This document shows, piece after piece, positions 42,526-57,480 of a stretch of DNA of 64,000 bases; position 1 is the first letter of the stretch, and each line of letters begins with the position of its first letter. The stretch is from Octopus vulgaris (lineage: Eukaryota). The translations under genes and the position numbers were made by a program. The stretch lies in contig OX597821.1 in the NCBI GenBank assembly GCA_951406725.2, positions 109,926,001 to 109,990,000 of the forward strand, written 5' to 3'. The notes beneath the pieces were generated by a model that was not told the DNA's origin, did not search any database, and worked only from the letters and a program-made list of their open reading frames with translations.

Positions 42526-43203
42526 AAAGTATGTATATATGTATTTATATATGTATCTATGTATGTATTTATATATGTATCTATGTATGTATGTTTGTAT
42601 ATAAGAATGCATGTATGCATGTAAGTATGTATGCATGTATGCATGTATGTAAGTATATATGTATGTACTTATGTATATATATATATATATATGTATGCAT
42701 GCATGCATATATGCCTGTATGCATGTTTGTATGCATGTATGTATGCATATATATATATATATGCATGTATGTACGTATGTATATATGTATGCATGTATGT
42801 ATGCAAGCATGTATGCATGTATGTATTCATGCATATATGCATGCATGCAAGAGTGTATGCATGCATATATGTACGTATGTATATATTTATGCATGCATGT
42901 ATGCATGCATGCATGCATATATGTATATATGTTTGTATGTATGTATGTATGCATGTATGTATGTATATATATATATATATGTATATATGATTGTATGTAT
43001 GTATACGAGTGATTAGACAAACGAAAGAAAGGATACTAAACACGCTAAGTAGGAGTTGTATGAATCTTTATTCAAAGCAGTTTGATTCGGTTCCATGCGA
43101 CCTAATATTTGTTAGACTTCTTAGAGAGACCTAGCTCATTCAGGCTCGGAGTACCAAATGAAGAAATACAGGAAGTCCAAGTTCGCTACCTGAAACTGTG
43201 TTG

Positions 43204-43639
43204 GGATCTTTTCGGTTTGAACGGCAGTTTTTTAAAATAATTTCAAGGTAACTAAACACTTTTAAACTTCGTATACTGGTAGAATGTGCTTACAAAATAT
43301 CTTTATCTCTTGGCTTTATTGAGAAAATTCTATAGTTTGTAAGATATTTGTTGTTTTTTCTTCAATTTTTGCAATTTCAACCAATCAATGACGTCTATTG
43401 AGGTAAAAAAAAAACTTTCTGTGCCGTATGAATATGTCCCTCATTTAAGAAACATATTGGGTTTATTTACATTTCTGAAGAACAAAGATATCCTTCCCCC
43501 CACCCCTAACCCTAACCCTAACTAACCCTAACCCTAAAACAGATTGAAATGTAATAGTTCGATACTAGGGTCATAATTATGGGTGAAAATTTCATATGAC
43601 ACCGCTAGAAAAAAACTGTCGTTCAAACCGAAAAGATCC
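43204..43639. mobile_element. Related MITE carrying internal (CCCTAA)n
   Basis: TIRs GGATCTTTTCGGTTTGAACGGCAG / CTGTCGTTCAAACCGAAAAGATCC; body homologous to 46287-46635; telomere-like repeat at ~43504-43537. Confidence 0.8.
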
Positions 43640-44050
43640 GCCCATTTAGGTTCAAATGACCGGTCATCTGGGCCTGAACGAGCTAGGTTTATGTAAGAAG
43701 TCTGCGAAACTTTAAGTCACATAGAACCGAGCCAAACTATTTTAAATAATATGAGCGTGCGCGCGTGTGTGTGTGAGTATCATTTGATATATATATATAT
43801 ATTTGATATTTAATTATTTTATAGTTCATATACTACATATTTCGTTAGATATTTATTTATATATTTATATTATTTAATGTTTATTTCAAATGTTTAATCT
43901 CATTCGTTCCGTTTTGCGTTTCTTCGATATTAAAAAAAAAATTATGACTTATGTTTCATTCGAATACCTTGACACATTTTGCGTTCGTTGACATCACACT
44001 GTGTTCTAACGGAGCTTGATTGTTTGTTAATATTCATTTAAAAAGAAAAC

Positions 44051-44117
<67 letters not shown>

Positions 44118-44530
44118 GAGTATAAAATTCATTGAAGGCAAACGAAATACGAGGCAAAAAATTGCCGATGGGATGTTACAGAAAAATTGAATCACATACA
44201 CCAAGACCTTGAAAAATGTAACAAGTGTCAGATTTTTCGATCGTGTCATTGTGTGTTGTGTGTGCGTGGGGGGGGGGGGGCGTGTTTTCAGAAATGGAGG
44301 AATTTTTTCAAAAATTGTTACCAGCTGTTGTGGAATTAGTCATGAATAGAACGGTAAGGACATCCGAGTGAGTACAGCCGCGTGAGCGAGCACACTACAC
44401 GAACACGAACGCATATACGCTAGCAGTAGCATAACCACACATATCCACACGTATTCAGGCTGAGATAAAACCTAAATCATATTTCTCACAAAACGATGAA
44501 GAATATTTTACAAAACACAAATTAAGACAA

Positions 44531-44826
44531 TTCTATATTTAAGAGATTAGGAACTACGTACATTATTTACATTATTTACATTTTACGGATACTTGTCCTC
44601 ATCTTGTTTGTTGTTAACACAACGTTTCGGCTGATACACCCTCCAGCCTTCTTCAGGTGTCTCGTGGAAATTTCGAACCTGGTGTCTCATTCCTAAGCTA
44701 TTTTTCGATGTTATTATTATTAAATGCACCGGGCATATGGCGTAGTGGTTAAGAGCACGGGCTACTAACCCAGAGATTCCGAGTTCGATTCCAGGCAGTG
44801 ACCTGAATGATGATAATAATAACAAC

Positions 44827-44887
<61 letters not shown>

Positions 44888-45043
44888 GGAACATCAAAAA
44901 ATACTTTCAGAATGAGAACCCAGGTTCGGAATTTCCCCAAGACACCCGATGAAGCCTGGAGGGTATATCAGCCGAAACGTTGTGTTAAAAAACAAGATGA
45001 GGACAAATATCCGTCAAATGTAAATAATGTTAACAATGTGCAG
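44531..45043. mobile_element. tRNA-headed, hammerhead-containing SINE-like element with upstream inverted partial copy
   Basis: Forward unit 44729-45043 has A box TGGCGTAGTGG (44738-44748), B box GTTCGATTCC (44783-44792), (AAT)n and an HHR module. Inverted 3' module at 44531-44722. Flanking direct repeat ATTAAGACAA at 44521-44530 and 45044-45053. Confidence 0.85.
44616..44661 (-). ncRNA. Minimal type I hammerhead ribozyme motif
   Basis: GACAC-CUGAAGA-A-GGCUG(gagggugUau)CAGCC-GAAA-C-GUU|GUGUU; palindromic AACGUU stem III as in dimer-type minimal HHRs. Confidence 0.8.
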
Positions 45044-45218
45044 ATTAAGACAAACTGGTACAAAATAGATCCAAAATCTTGGCAAGTAACGTCGCTACCT
45101 TATAAGCGGAATTTTAAATACACGCACGCATATTCACATACGTAGATACACATACACGCGCTTAAGATCACACACATACACAAGCATACACCATCACCAT
45201 ATCCCCACACATACATAC

Positions 45219-45250
<32 letters not shown>

Positions 45251-45256
<6 letters not shown>

Positions 45257-45780
45257 GGGTACCCAGAAGGAACCGGAACTTAGCAATGTTATTTTATTCA
45301 CTTAGATTTACATGTTTACACTTCTATTGCCTTCAAAGTATTCTCCATTTGAAGGAATGAATCGGCCCAGACGCGTTTTCTACTGTTCGAAGCAGTCCAC
45401 AAGAGTTCCACTTTGCGAAGTGATGCCTTTTAACGCTTTCATCGTGTTTTTTTTCTTCTCTTCCACACTTGCAAAACTTTTTCCGTTAAGGACATTTTTC
45501 ATTCGAGGTAACAAAAGTAAAGTCGCAGGGAGCAAGATCAACTTCCAGATGCCCTTTCAGTTTACGACACGCATTCAATCGTGACTGCTTTTGATCTTCC
45601 CTGAGCATGCGAAGCATGAATTTTACTGCAACTCTTTTCATTTGGAATTTCTCGCTCAAATTTCGTTGGCAGGAGTTCCAGGACACACCAATCATATCAA
45701 GTTCATCTATAGCAGAAACAGCTGTGAGATATTGAAGTTCACAACATGACCGTAGTTTATCCTGTGTCATCTCCTTTTCT
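45251..45780 (-). mobile_element. Mariner transposase remnant, internally deleted
   Basis: MKRVAVKFMLRMLREDQKQSR (WVPR-L motif region) fused to DLAPCDF; terminus TA|CGAGAGG. Confidence 0.75.
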
Positions 45781-46286
45781 TATTATCACTCCATACTCAT
45801 CTAACACCTTATTCTGATACATACGTATATTGAGCTCTACACCAGGGTATTTGTTTCACATTGCCCGAAGGAAATACACACACGCACGAACATACACGCA
45901 CGCGTGCGCAAGCATATATAACAATGCAAATAACAAAACCTAGCTGCATTCCCCATGTATCATAAATGTATGGAACGGGCACAAATAATTAAAATAAAAG
46001 CATACGAAAATTAGGACATCATCAGCTGTCTAAACATTATTGCGGTTTCGACATCCCAGACGGAACTGCGTAACTCAAGGCACTTTCAAGTGGATTTCTG
46101 TCCTTATAATTTCTGTCAGATGGGGAACTCAGCTGGTGCTTACCAACTTGTTTGTATTAATCACACCCGGAACCACAAAGACAAATTGTTAACTACTCAA
46201 CAAAGCCCTTACTCAGCTTCTGTTTGTCTGTCTACTCGTATCTGTGTGTGAGTGTGTGTGTTTGTAAGTATATTTGCTTTAACTTC

Positions 46287-46635
46287 GGATCTTTTCACTT
46301 TGACCGGCAGATTTTGAAAATAATTTCTATGTAACTAAAAAATTTTAAACTTCGTATACTGGTAGAATGTGTTTATAGAAACACATTTTCATATGACGCC
46401 GCCAGAAAATGTTACGGCAGAAATCGTTTGCACCTCAGTAGACGTCATTGATTGGTTGAAATTGCCGAAATGCAAGAAATTAAACAACAAATATCTTACA
46501 AACTACAGAATTTTCTCAAGAAAGCCAAGAGAAAAAGAGGTTTTATAAACACATTCTACCAGTATACGAAGTTTAAAACTTTTTTAGTTACATAGAAATT
46601 ATTTTTAAAATCTGCCGGTCAAAGTGAAAAGAGCC
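46287..46635. mobile_element. Non-autonomous DNA transposon with ~95-bp TIRs and 8-bp TSD (Merlin/MULE-like)
   Basis: GGATCTTTTCACTTTGACCGGCAG.. / ..CTGCCGGTCAAAGTGAAAAGAGCC; TSD TTAACTTC at 46279-46286 and 46636-46643. Confidence 0.85.
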
Positions 46636-46833
46636 TTAACTTCAACATGAAGAACTCTAATTTATAAATAGAATAATAAGCCTCCACACTGTTCGCTAGA
46701 GTGATGATAGATTTATACATATGATTCTCTGTTTGCATTGCATCTTGTATTTGCTGATTCATCGTTATCTTTCTGCCTCTTCATTGGTCATTTGTTCGAT
46801 GAGAAATGGTGCATTCATCTTGTACTCCTCCTC

Positions 46834-46888
<55 letters not shown>

Positions 46889-47236
46889 CATACATACGTA
46901 TATACAAATATTCTATAATTATAAACAATTAAAATTAGGGGGCAGCTAATTGCTTCGCCGCGCACCGAATTTAGATATACCTTTTCCGCTACCATAAATA
47001 TCTCCCGGACAGTAGCACACTTTCTTACGTAGACAAAATGAAAAAATAACGAATCCACACGACTCAGATTAGCTACATACGCGTTTCGGGATTAAAGTAA
47101 AGTTATATTTACTTATTTCCCATCTTCAGTGCGGAATTTTAAATATCAATTTGAGCGTTAGAGGGTTAAATATGTACGCGATCAAGCGTCATCGCGTAAC
47201 TGAAATTTAACCAACACTTCCAAAAATATTATTGAA

Positions 47237-47278
<42 letters not shown>

Positions 47279-47540
47279 ATACATGTATACACACATACAT
47301 GTGTCTGTGTATTTATTTGATACAGTATATATAGTTTACAGCTCTATTATAGGTAGAATCAACAAAAAGGTACCCTATCAAGTGAGAGATATCGTTTAAT
47401 TCATGCAATTACAAAAGGGCTACTTATAGTTTCATGCTTGTAAGATACGTTAAATTGGCAAGCCGTGTTTCCCAAAGCAATCTCTGAGGCTCAGTTCATA
47501 ACATTGGATGTATCTAAAAACACATTCACATGCAAGGACG

Positions 47541-47604
<64 letters not shown>

Positions 47605-47900
47605 CACACACGCAAACACACACTTACATATACACAGACAGATTATTTAAAGATGTATATCAATGTGAATTACAAGCTGAAGAAGGATTAACCATACATT
47701 GCTAATATGAAGTCGTGTTAAGATAATGTTTGGGGGGGGTCTTTTTTTGTCCACGTCAGAAACAAATCTACATGTGTATATATGTGTGTGTATATATGTA
47801 TGTATATATGTATGGATGGATAGATGGATGTGTGTGTATATATGTACATATCTGTATGGGCGTGTGTATGTACGCGCGGGTATATATATGTTTGTGTGTG

Positions 47901-47933
<33 letters not shown>

Positions 47934-47992
47934 GTAATTTCGTTGAACTCGCATATAATTATGATTTATGTATACTTTTATGTTAGTGTGCT

Positions 47993-48050
<58 letters not shown>

Positions 48051-48584
48051 TGTATGTGTGTGTGTGTGTGCGCGTGTGTGCGTGTGTTATTGTATGACTG
48101 CAGCTATAAGACATACCAAAACCACAACGACAGTAAACACAATAAGTACATAACGACATCCGTTGAAATGGAAACCCTAGTAGGGTCGATAATTAACTTT
48201 CAGCAACGCAGCGGCAGATTAGAAGTGACAGCCTTCCATACAACACCGTGTACTTCAAAGAAAATCACGTTTCCTTCAGACACAGTAACAACATCATCAG
48301 TAAGCCGCGACAAACAACATCGTTACAACAATACGTTGGACAACAAAAGTACTTATTCGAACAAAAACAAAAAAATACAAAATAAAAACAGAGCAAATTC
48401 TGGTTCCTTAATAATTGACGAAAATCATAACTATATTTTCGAACAAATTACTCAAAGGCCTGGGAATTAACTAGGGCAGTGATCTTGCCTTTTTCTATGC
48501 ACCTTGGACCAGTCTCATGCAAGAAGACAATTATTCCGCGGGACGGAGAAAGCGCAATAAAGTGCATAATATACTCACTCTTTC

Positions 48585-48799
48585 ATATCTCTTTTGCTTG
48601 TTCCAGTCATTTAACTGTGGCCATGCTGGAGCGCCGCCTTTAGTCGAGCAACTCGATCCCCAGGACTTATTCTTTGTAAGCCTAGTACTTGTTCTATCGG
48701 TCTCTCTTGCCGAATCGCTAAGTTACGGGGACGTAAGCACACCAGCATCGGTTGTCAAGCTATGTTGGGGGAACACACACACACACACACACACACACA

Positions 48800-48841
<42 letters not shown>

Positions 48842-49138
48842 ATACAACAATATATATAAAAATACAAAATGGGACAGGAACGCAAAATATTCAAATAGAC
48901 GACACCAAAAAAAAAATGACGGGTCATATACGAAGCCTCTAATCTTCAGTCAAGAACCGGATCATCCTCACATATACATGTATCCGAGGGGCTTCTTTCC
49001 GTTTCCATCTACCAAATCCACTCACAAGGCTTTGGTCGGCCCAAGGCTATAGTAGAAGACACCTGCCCAAAGTGTCACGCAGTGGGACTGAACCCGGAAC
49101 CATGTGGTTGGTAAGCAAGCAACTTATCACACAACCAC
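48585..49138 (-). mobile_element. SINE family A with ~130-bp insertion in its microsatellite
   Basis: Two halves at 48585-48800 and 48975-49138, separated by unrelated sequence. Confidence 0.85.
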
Positions 49139-49396
49139 TATTTTCTACTCTAGGCATAAGGCCCGAAATTTTGGGGGAGTGGGCCAGTTGATTATATCGA
49201 CCCCAGTATGCAACTGATACTTAATTTATCAACACCGAAAAGATGAAAGGCAAAGTCGACCTCGGCGGAATCTGAACTCAGAACACCGTTAAGCATTTCG
49301 CCCGTCGTTCTAACGTTTTTGCCAGTTCGCTGCCTGATTATTATTATTACGCGAATAATGCATGTATATTACAAACAGAGGTGCAGGCGTGGTTGT

Positions 49397-51720
<2,324 letters not shown>

Positions 51721-51863
51721 TTGTGTTTGTTACTGTGCCTGTTGCTGCATTCATTGTGATCATCATTTTCCTTTTTTAGCTATTTCTGGTGCTTTTCACA
51801 TGTGTGTGTGTCCGTGTTTGTATGTATCTATCTATGTATCAATCTATCTATGTATCTATCTCT

Positions 51864-52040
<177 letters not shown>

Positions 52041-52045
52041 GTGAG

Positions 52046-52120
<75 letters not shown>

Positions 52121-52122
52121 TG

Positions 52123-52470
52123 TTTTATTCTTTTACTTGTTTCAGTCATTTGACTGCGGCCATGGTGGGACACCGCGTTGAATAATTTTAGTCGAACAAA
52201 TCGACCCTAATACTTGTTATTTCGGTCTCTTTGGCCGAACCGTTAAGTTATGGAGACGTGAACAAGCGGTGGAAGGACGACAAACAATGACACAAGCACA
52301 CAAATACACACATATATATATATACGACGGGATTCTTTCAGTTTCCTTCTGCCAAATCCATTCACAAGGCTTTCGTTTATTCGAGGCTTTAGTAGAACAT
52401 TTGCGAAAGCTACCACATAGTGGGTCTGAACCCGGAACCATGTGTTTTGGAAACAAACGTCTTACCACTC
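52123..52470 (-). mobile_element. SINE family A
   Basis: Homology to family A consensus. Confidence 0.8.
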
Positions 52471-52477
52471 ACCCATG

Positions 52478-52512
<35 letters not shown>

Positions 52513-52562
52513 ATGAACACGCTTACATTCGTGTGGATACGCATCTTTTTTGTATTGATTTT

Positions 52563-52625
<63 letters not shown>

Positions 52626-53029
52626 CAGTAGTAGAAGAAGAAGCAGACCTGGCGCCAGCTTGATCCATTTGTCATCGCTGACAAACAGCCATACAGAGAC
52701 CAAAATTGCCGGCTTTATCTAAAGTTAAATCTGGTTTCAATTTCTGGGCGAAGAAAATACAAGGGATAGGGGAATGAAGAAAAAGAAAAAGAAAGAAGAT
52801 AAATAGAGAAGAATTAAAGAAAAACAAAAGAAAAAAAGGGATATGCAAAGAAGCTAAAAAGAATATGAAGAAAGTCAGGAATTTCGGTTTAAAACTTAGG
52901 AAAACATAAGAGCTAAGCAGTCATTTCCTCGTCATTACAGACACCGAAAACACGATTCGCCTCTGGTTTTTCTAGTGGTTACTGCTGTTGTTTTTGCAAA
53001 TAATATGGAAGATTTTTTTAAGTAGTAGC

Positions 53030-53101
<72 letters not shown>

Positions 53102-53452
53102 TCTCATTCTTGTTGTTGTTGTTTCTGCTGTGGTGCCTGACGTTTTTTATTTTTCATTTTTTTCCCCTTTTTTTCATTTTTTTTTTTTTTTTTTTGGTGC
53201 GGAGTGGTTCCCCACCACATGTTAGTTTGATATTTATGTCCGAAGATTAGGGATCTTTAAAAGAGGTAAATGTGTTTAGTTGAGAAATACTGAAGAGCAA
53301 CATCCCGGAGACCTTTCTTTCTTTCTTTCTTTCTTTTTTCTTTCTTTCTTTCTTTCTTTATTTATTTATTTATTTATTCGTATATTTATTTGTTTTTGGC
53401 GTCTGCTTTTCTTTTACGTTCTTCTGTTCTTGATCACATATCTGATTTATAG

Positions 53453-53477
53453 AACGGCACAGCGAGGCGATGATGAG
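53453..53477 (+). other. Candidate 25-nt micro-exon
   Basis: Long pyrimidine-rich tract, CTGAT branch-like motif, TTTATAG acceptor, and a consensus GAG|GTGAGT donor 25 nt downstream. Confidence 0.35.
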
Positions 53478-53633
53478 GTGAGTGTCCCTGATATTACAGA
53501 CAGTAGCAGAACTGTACGGATTTTATTCGTTACACCCGTCACAGCTACATTCTGTGTCTACCTTACTAACGAGGAAGGCCCTCTCCTCCTCTACGTACTC
53601 GTTAAATTTGCTAGAAACAACAGCTACATACAG

Positions 53634-53951
53634 TTCTATATTTAAGAGATCAAGAATTATGTACATTAATAACATTATTTACATTTGACAGATATTTCTC
53701 CTCATCTTGTTTGTTCTTAACACAACGTTTCGGCTGATATACCCTCCAGCCTTCATCAGGTGTCTTGGGGAAATTTCGAACCTGGGTTCTCATTCCTAAG
53801 GTTGTTTTCGATGTTGTTGTTGTTGTTGTTATTATTATTATTGTCACTGACTGGAATCGAACTCGGAATCTTGGGGTTAAGAGCATATGGCGTAGTGGTT
53901 AAGAGAGCGGGCTACTAACGCCAAGATTACGAGTTCGATTCCAGGCAGTAA

Positions 53952-54032
<81 letters not shown>

Positions 54033-54164
54033 GCATCGAAAAATACCTTAGGAATGAGAACCAAGATTCGAAAATTCCCCAAAGGGTCTATCAGCCGAAA
54101 CGTTGTGTTAGCAACAAACAAGATGAGGACAAATATCCGTCAAATGTAAATAATGTAAATAATG
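53634..54164. mobile_element. Second head-to-head copy of the tRNA-(TAA)n-hammerhead element
   Basis: Inverted copy 53634-53880 (includes the B-box half of the head) and forward copy 53881-54164; clearly homologous to 44531-45043. Confidence 0.85.
53719..53764 (-). ncRNA. Minimal type I hammerhead ribozyme motif
   Basis: GACAC-CUGAUGA-A-GGCUG(gaggguauau)CAGCC-GAAA-C-GUU|GUGUU; core intact. Confidence 0.8.
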
Positions 54165-54619
54165 AACAAACACATTTTCATCAATTCATACAACTCTCCT
54201 ATAAGCAGTTGCAAATGTAATGCAGTTCACAATGCCGAGTTCCTCCAAGGACCTTTTTGTCCATCATTAAACTTTCGTAGGACCTCGGTTTCATGTCGTA
54301 TCTTTGCCGATAACTTCAAATTTAGTTAAATGATTCTGCATAAGATATTTAACTTTTGATATACTTCCCCTTATTTTTCTACTTGTGAAGTCATTCACTC
54401 GTAAATATCATCACACAACATGGATAAACATTTCTTCTTAAGAAAATAAATATTCAAATAAGTAAACCTTAATATCATGAATTGCGAAAGCGAAACCGGT
54501 CGATATATTAAAAATTACATTAAAAACTATGTAAAGTGTGTGTATTTTCCTTTTTTAATTCCTTATATATATTACAAATCACCACGTGGGGATAATCGAA
54601 ATTCCTCCTTTTCTGTTAC

Positions 54620-54674
<55 letters not shown>

Positions 54675-54729
54675 TATACACGCACACACATATATACACA
54701 CACATACACACACACATATATTCACTCAT

Positions 54730-54768
<39 letters not shown>

Positions 54769-54777
54769 CATATATAC

Positions 54778-54939
54778 TAAGGCTTCTTTCAGTTTCCGCC
54801 TACCAAATCCACTCACAAGGCTTTGGTCGGCCCGAGGATATAGTAGAAGACACTTGCCCAAGGTGCCACGCAGTGGGACTGAACCCGGAACCATGTGGTT
54901 CGTAAGCAAGCTACTTACCACACAGCCACACCTACGCCT
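54778..54939 (-). mobile_element. SINE family A, 5' half
   Basis: Head homology; ends in microsatellite. Confidence 0.85.
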
Positions 54940-55249
54940 ACAAATTACGTAACTTTGGATAAATGCCAGCAATGACCTTCTCAGGCTCTGCAATATTTTA
55001 ATTTCTAAACAGAAATAATCAAGAGTAGGAAGTGAAATTACAAAAAATTCATAATTTCCCAAATTTTCATTTTTATAGTATATAAATAAATGTATTTATG
55101 GGGGAAAACATTGAAAAACATCAATATATGCGAAAGTGATAAAGAAACGAGGGGTTGTCTTTGGATGTGCTAGAAACAACAGTCAAATCGCCCTTAAATC
55201 ACCTTTCCCTCTGAAAATATTACCAGTTTATTTTTTCTTACCAAAAACG

Positions 55250-55318
<69 letters not shown>

Positions 55319-55460
55319 GACAGGCTTCTTTCAGTTTCCGTCTACCAAATCCACTAACAAGGCTTTGGTCGGCCCCAAGGCTATAACAGAAGACATTTGT
55401 CGAAGGTGCTATGCAATGGGACTCAACCCGGAACCATGTGGTTGTTTAACAAGCTACTTT
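55319..55460 (-). mobile_element. SINE family A, 5' half
   Basis: Head homology; ends in microsatellite. Confidence 0.8.
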
Positions 55461-55923
55461 ATTTCATAAAAATTTGCCATAAAGGCATTACAAAGAGTAG
55501 CTGCGGGTTGGACATATACATTGATGAGGTGAAAGATGAAATAAGGATGATATTGATGAGAGAAGGCAAAAACGCCCGCCGATTTTCTTCTTCTCTAAAA
55601 CATTGTTCTTTTTAAAAAAAAAAAAAAAACAGAATAAACAAAGCGAGGTATTGAACCTCTCACAACCATTTTTACAGTTTTTGGACTTAATAGTCCATTA
55701 CAAATATTAACATGCCAAAAAAATTCAATATACAACCAACACGTCCATTTACAAATGAGGCGCTGGGCCTCTTACACTTTATAACAGTGAGGCTTTTCAA
55801 CCTCTTATCAATTTTTCACCTCAACGAAGTATTGAACATCTCACTACAGTTCTTACAATTATTGAACTTAATAGTCAATAACATGCAATAATATACAATG
55901 AAATATTCAACATACTCAACGTA

Positions 55924-56320
55924 GGCGCAGGAGTGGGCTGTGTGGTAAGTAGCTTGCTAACCAACCACATGGCTCCGGGTTCAGTCCCACTGCGTGGCAT
56001 CTTGGGCAAGTATCTTCTGCTATAGCCCCGGGCCGACCAATGCCTTGTGAGTGGATTTGGTAGACGGAAACTGAAAGAAGCCTGTCGTATATATGTATAT
56101 ATGTGTGTGTGTATGTGTGTGTGTTTGTGTGTTTGTCCCCCTAGCATTGCTTGACAACCGATGCTGACGTGTTTACGTCCCCGTCACTTAGCGGTTCGGC
56201 AAAAGAGACCGATAGAATAAGTACTGGGCTTATAAAGAATAAGTCCCGGGGTCGATTTGCTCGACTAAAGGCGGTGCTCCAGCATGGCCGCAGTCAAATG
56301 ACTGAAACAAGTAAAGAGAA
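55924..56320 (+). mobile_element. SINE family A
   Basis: Full-length, well-preserved copy. Confidence 0.9.
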
Positions 56321-56406
56321 AAAAAGATACAATCAACACTAGTCCATTTACAAATGAGGCGCTGAACCCCTTACACATTATAACACTGAGGCTTTTAATC
56401 CTCTTG

Positions 56407-57480
56407 TCAATTTTCCACCTCATAATCGCTTGTGTCCGTGTACTCCGTCATAGCCCATGCTTCGTTTAAAATCAAGGCGGAGTCCGAGTTCGTGTCACCC
56501 GGCCACGAGCGATATTCTTCTTTTAGTCCCTTCAGCGTCATAAACAGGCACAACGATATGACCTCCGCAACTATCTGCGGAGCCATTCGGGGTCCTGTGT
56601 GAAGGCCAAAGGTATTCATTCCCTCGTAGTGTTCTTTCACTATCTTTTCCACCTTTCCACCTCTCCGCCTCTATAAAAGAGAACCAACAGTTTCAGGTCC
56701 ATCGGGTCCGGGTCGGTCAATTTTACCGTTGGCGGCACAATTCCCGCCAATGGTGTCTCCCCCACTCCGGTGGCACAACCAACGAGGCTCCGTGACACTC
56801 CGACTGCCGGCAATGTGCTGTTTCTCCTCCTCCTCTTTTTTTCTTCTCGACTGGGGGAGGGTGCGTCTTCTCCGTATCCTGGAGATTCGCCTCCCCTCCC
56901 TCATCCCCAGGATCCTTCGGTGGGCACCCATTATTGCTCTCCTCCTTCCTTTTGCGGCTCTTCTTTGAGGAGTCCTCCGTCTCTTCGGCCGCCTTCATTC
57001 CCGCAGGCAGAATATTTACGCTGAGGAGCTTGGTGCTACTGTCACCCAGATCCCGGTGGATAGTATCTCCTATTCACTGGAACTCAACTCCGGGTGGCAG
57101 GCCGCAAATCCAAGCCCTCGTCAAACTCTTCCCACAATAAGTGGAGAGAAACAAGATTTCATTACCCTCCAGGGACTGACTTGCAAATTCACAGGCCACC
57201 TCTGGGAAGTCAAACAGCAACCACAAGGTTGCGTATTTGATCCCCCGAGTGATAAACTTAATCGCTGGCTTAAATTCTGCCAGCTGTCTTTCGATTATAT
57301 CCTTACTGAAAACGCCAAAGCGTCTTGGGTCCTAGAGTAGGTCCTCAAAACCACCGTCTTACTTTCAAGTTCTTTTAACCATTTTTTGGATGGTGTAATT
57401 TCCCACTCCACCAACTTTTCATTGTTATTTGCCATGTTTTTTTTTAAAGAGTCCTAAAATACAGTTGTTGAAATATAAAA
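56407..57480 (-). pseudogene. Degenerate retroelement ORF1/gag-like remnant
   Basis: GC-richer segment with broken frames, e.g. KFITRGIKYATLWLLFDFPEVACEFASQSLEGNEILFLPTYCGKSLTRAWICGLPPGVEF followed by Lys/Glu-rich low complexity; stops and frameshifts; family not certain. Confidence 0.45.

Noticed and set aside
43504-43537. True telomere
   Set aside because: Only about five repeats, internal to a MITE.
44729-44805. tRNA gene
   Set aside because: A/B boxes and an anticodon-like arm (CTACTAA loop) are present, but the acceptor stem does not pair well and the sequence recurs as the head of a repeat; treated as a SINE head. The same applies to the 58911 and 39474 heads.
48104-48470. ~120-codon open frame in unique sequence
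   Set aside because: No recognisable domain and a weak acceptor; A/C-rich composition can explain the lack of stops. Needs RNA-seq.
54472-54506. Hammerhead-like layout ATATC..GC-GAAA-GC-GAAACCGGTC-GATAT
   Set aside because: CUGANGA is replaced by AUGAAUU; not callable as a ribozyme.
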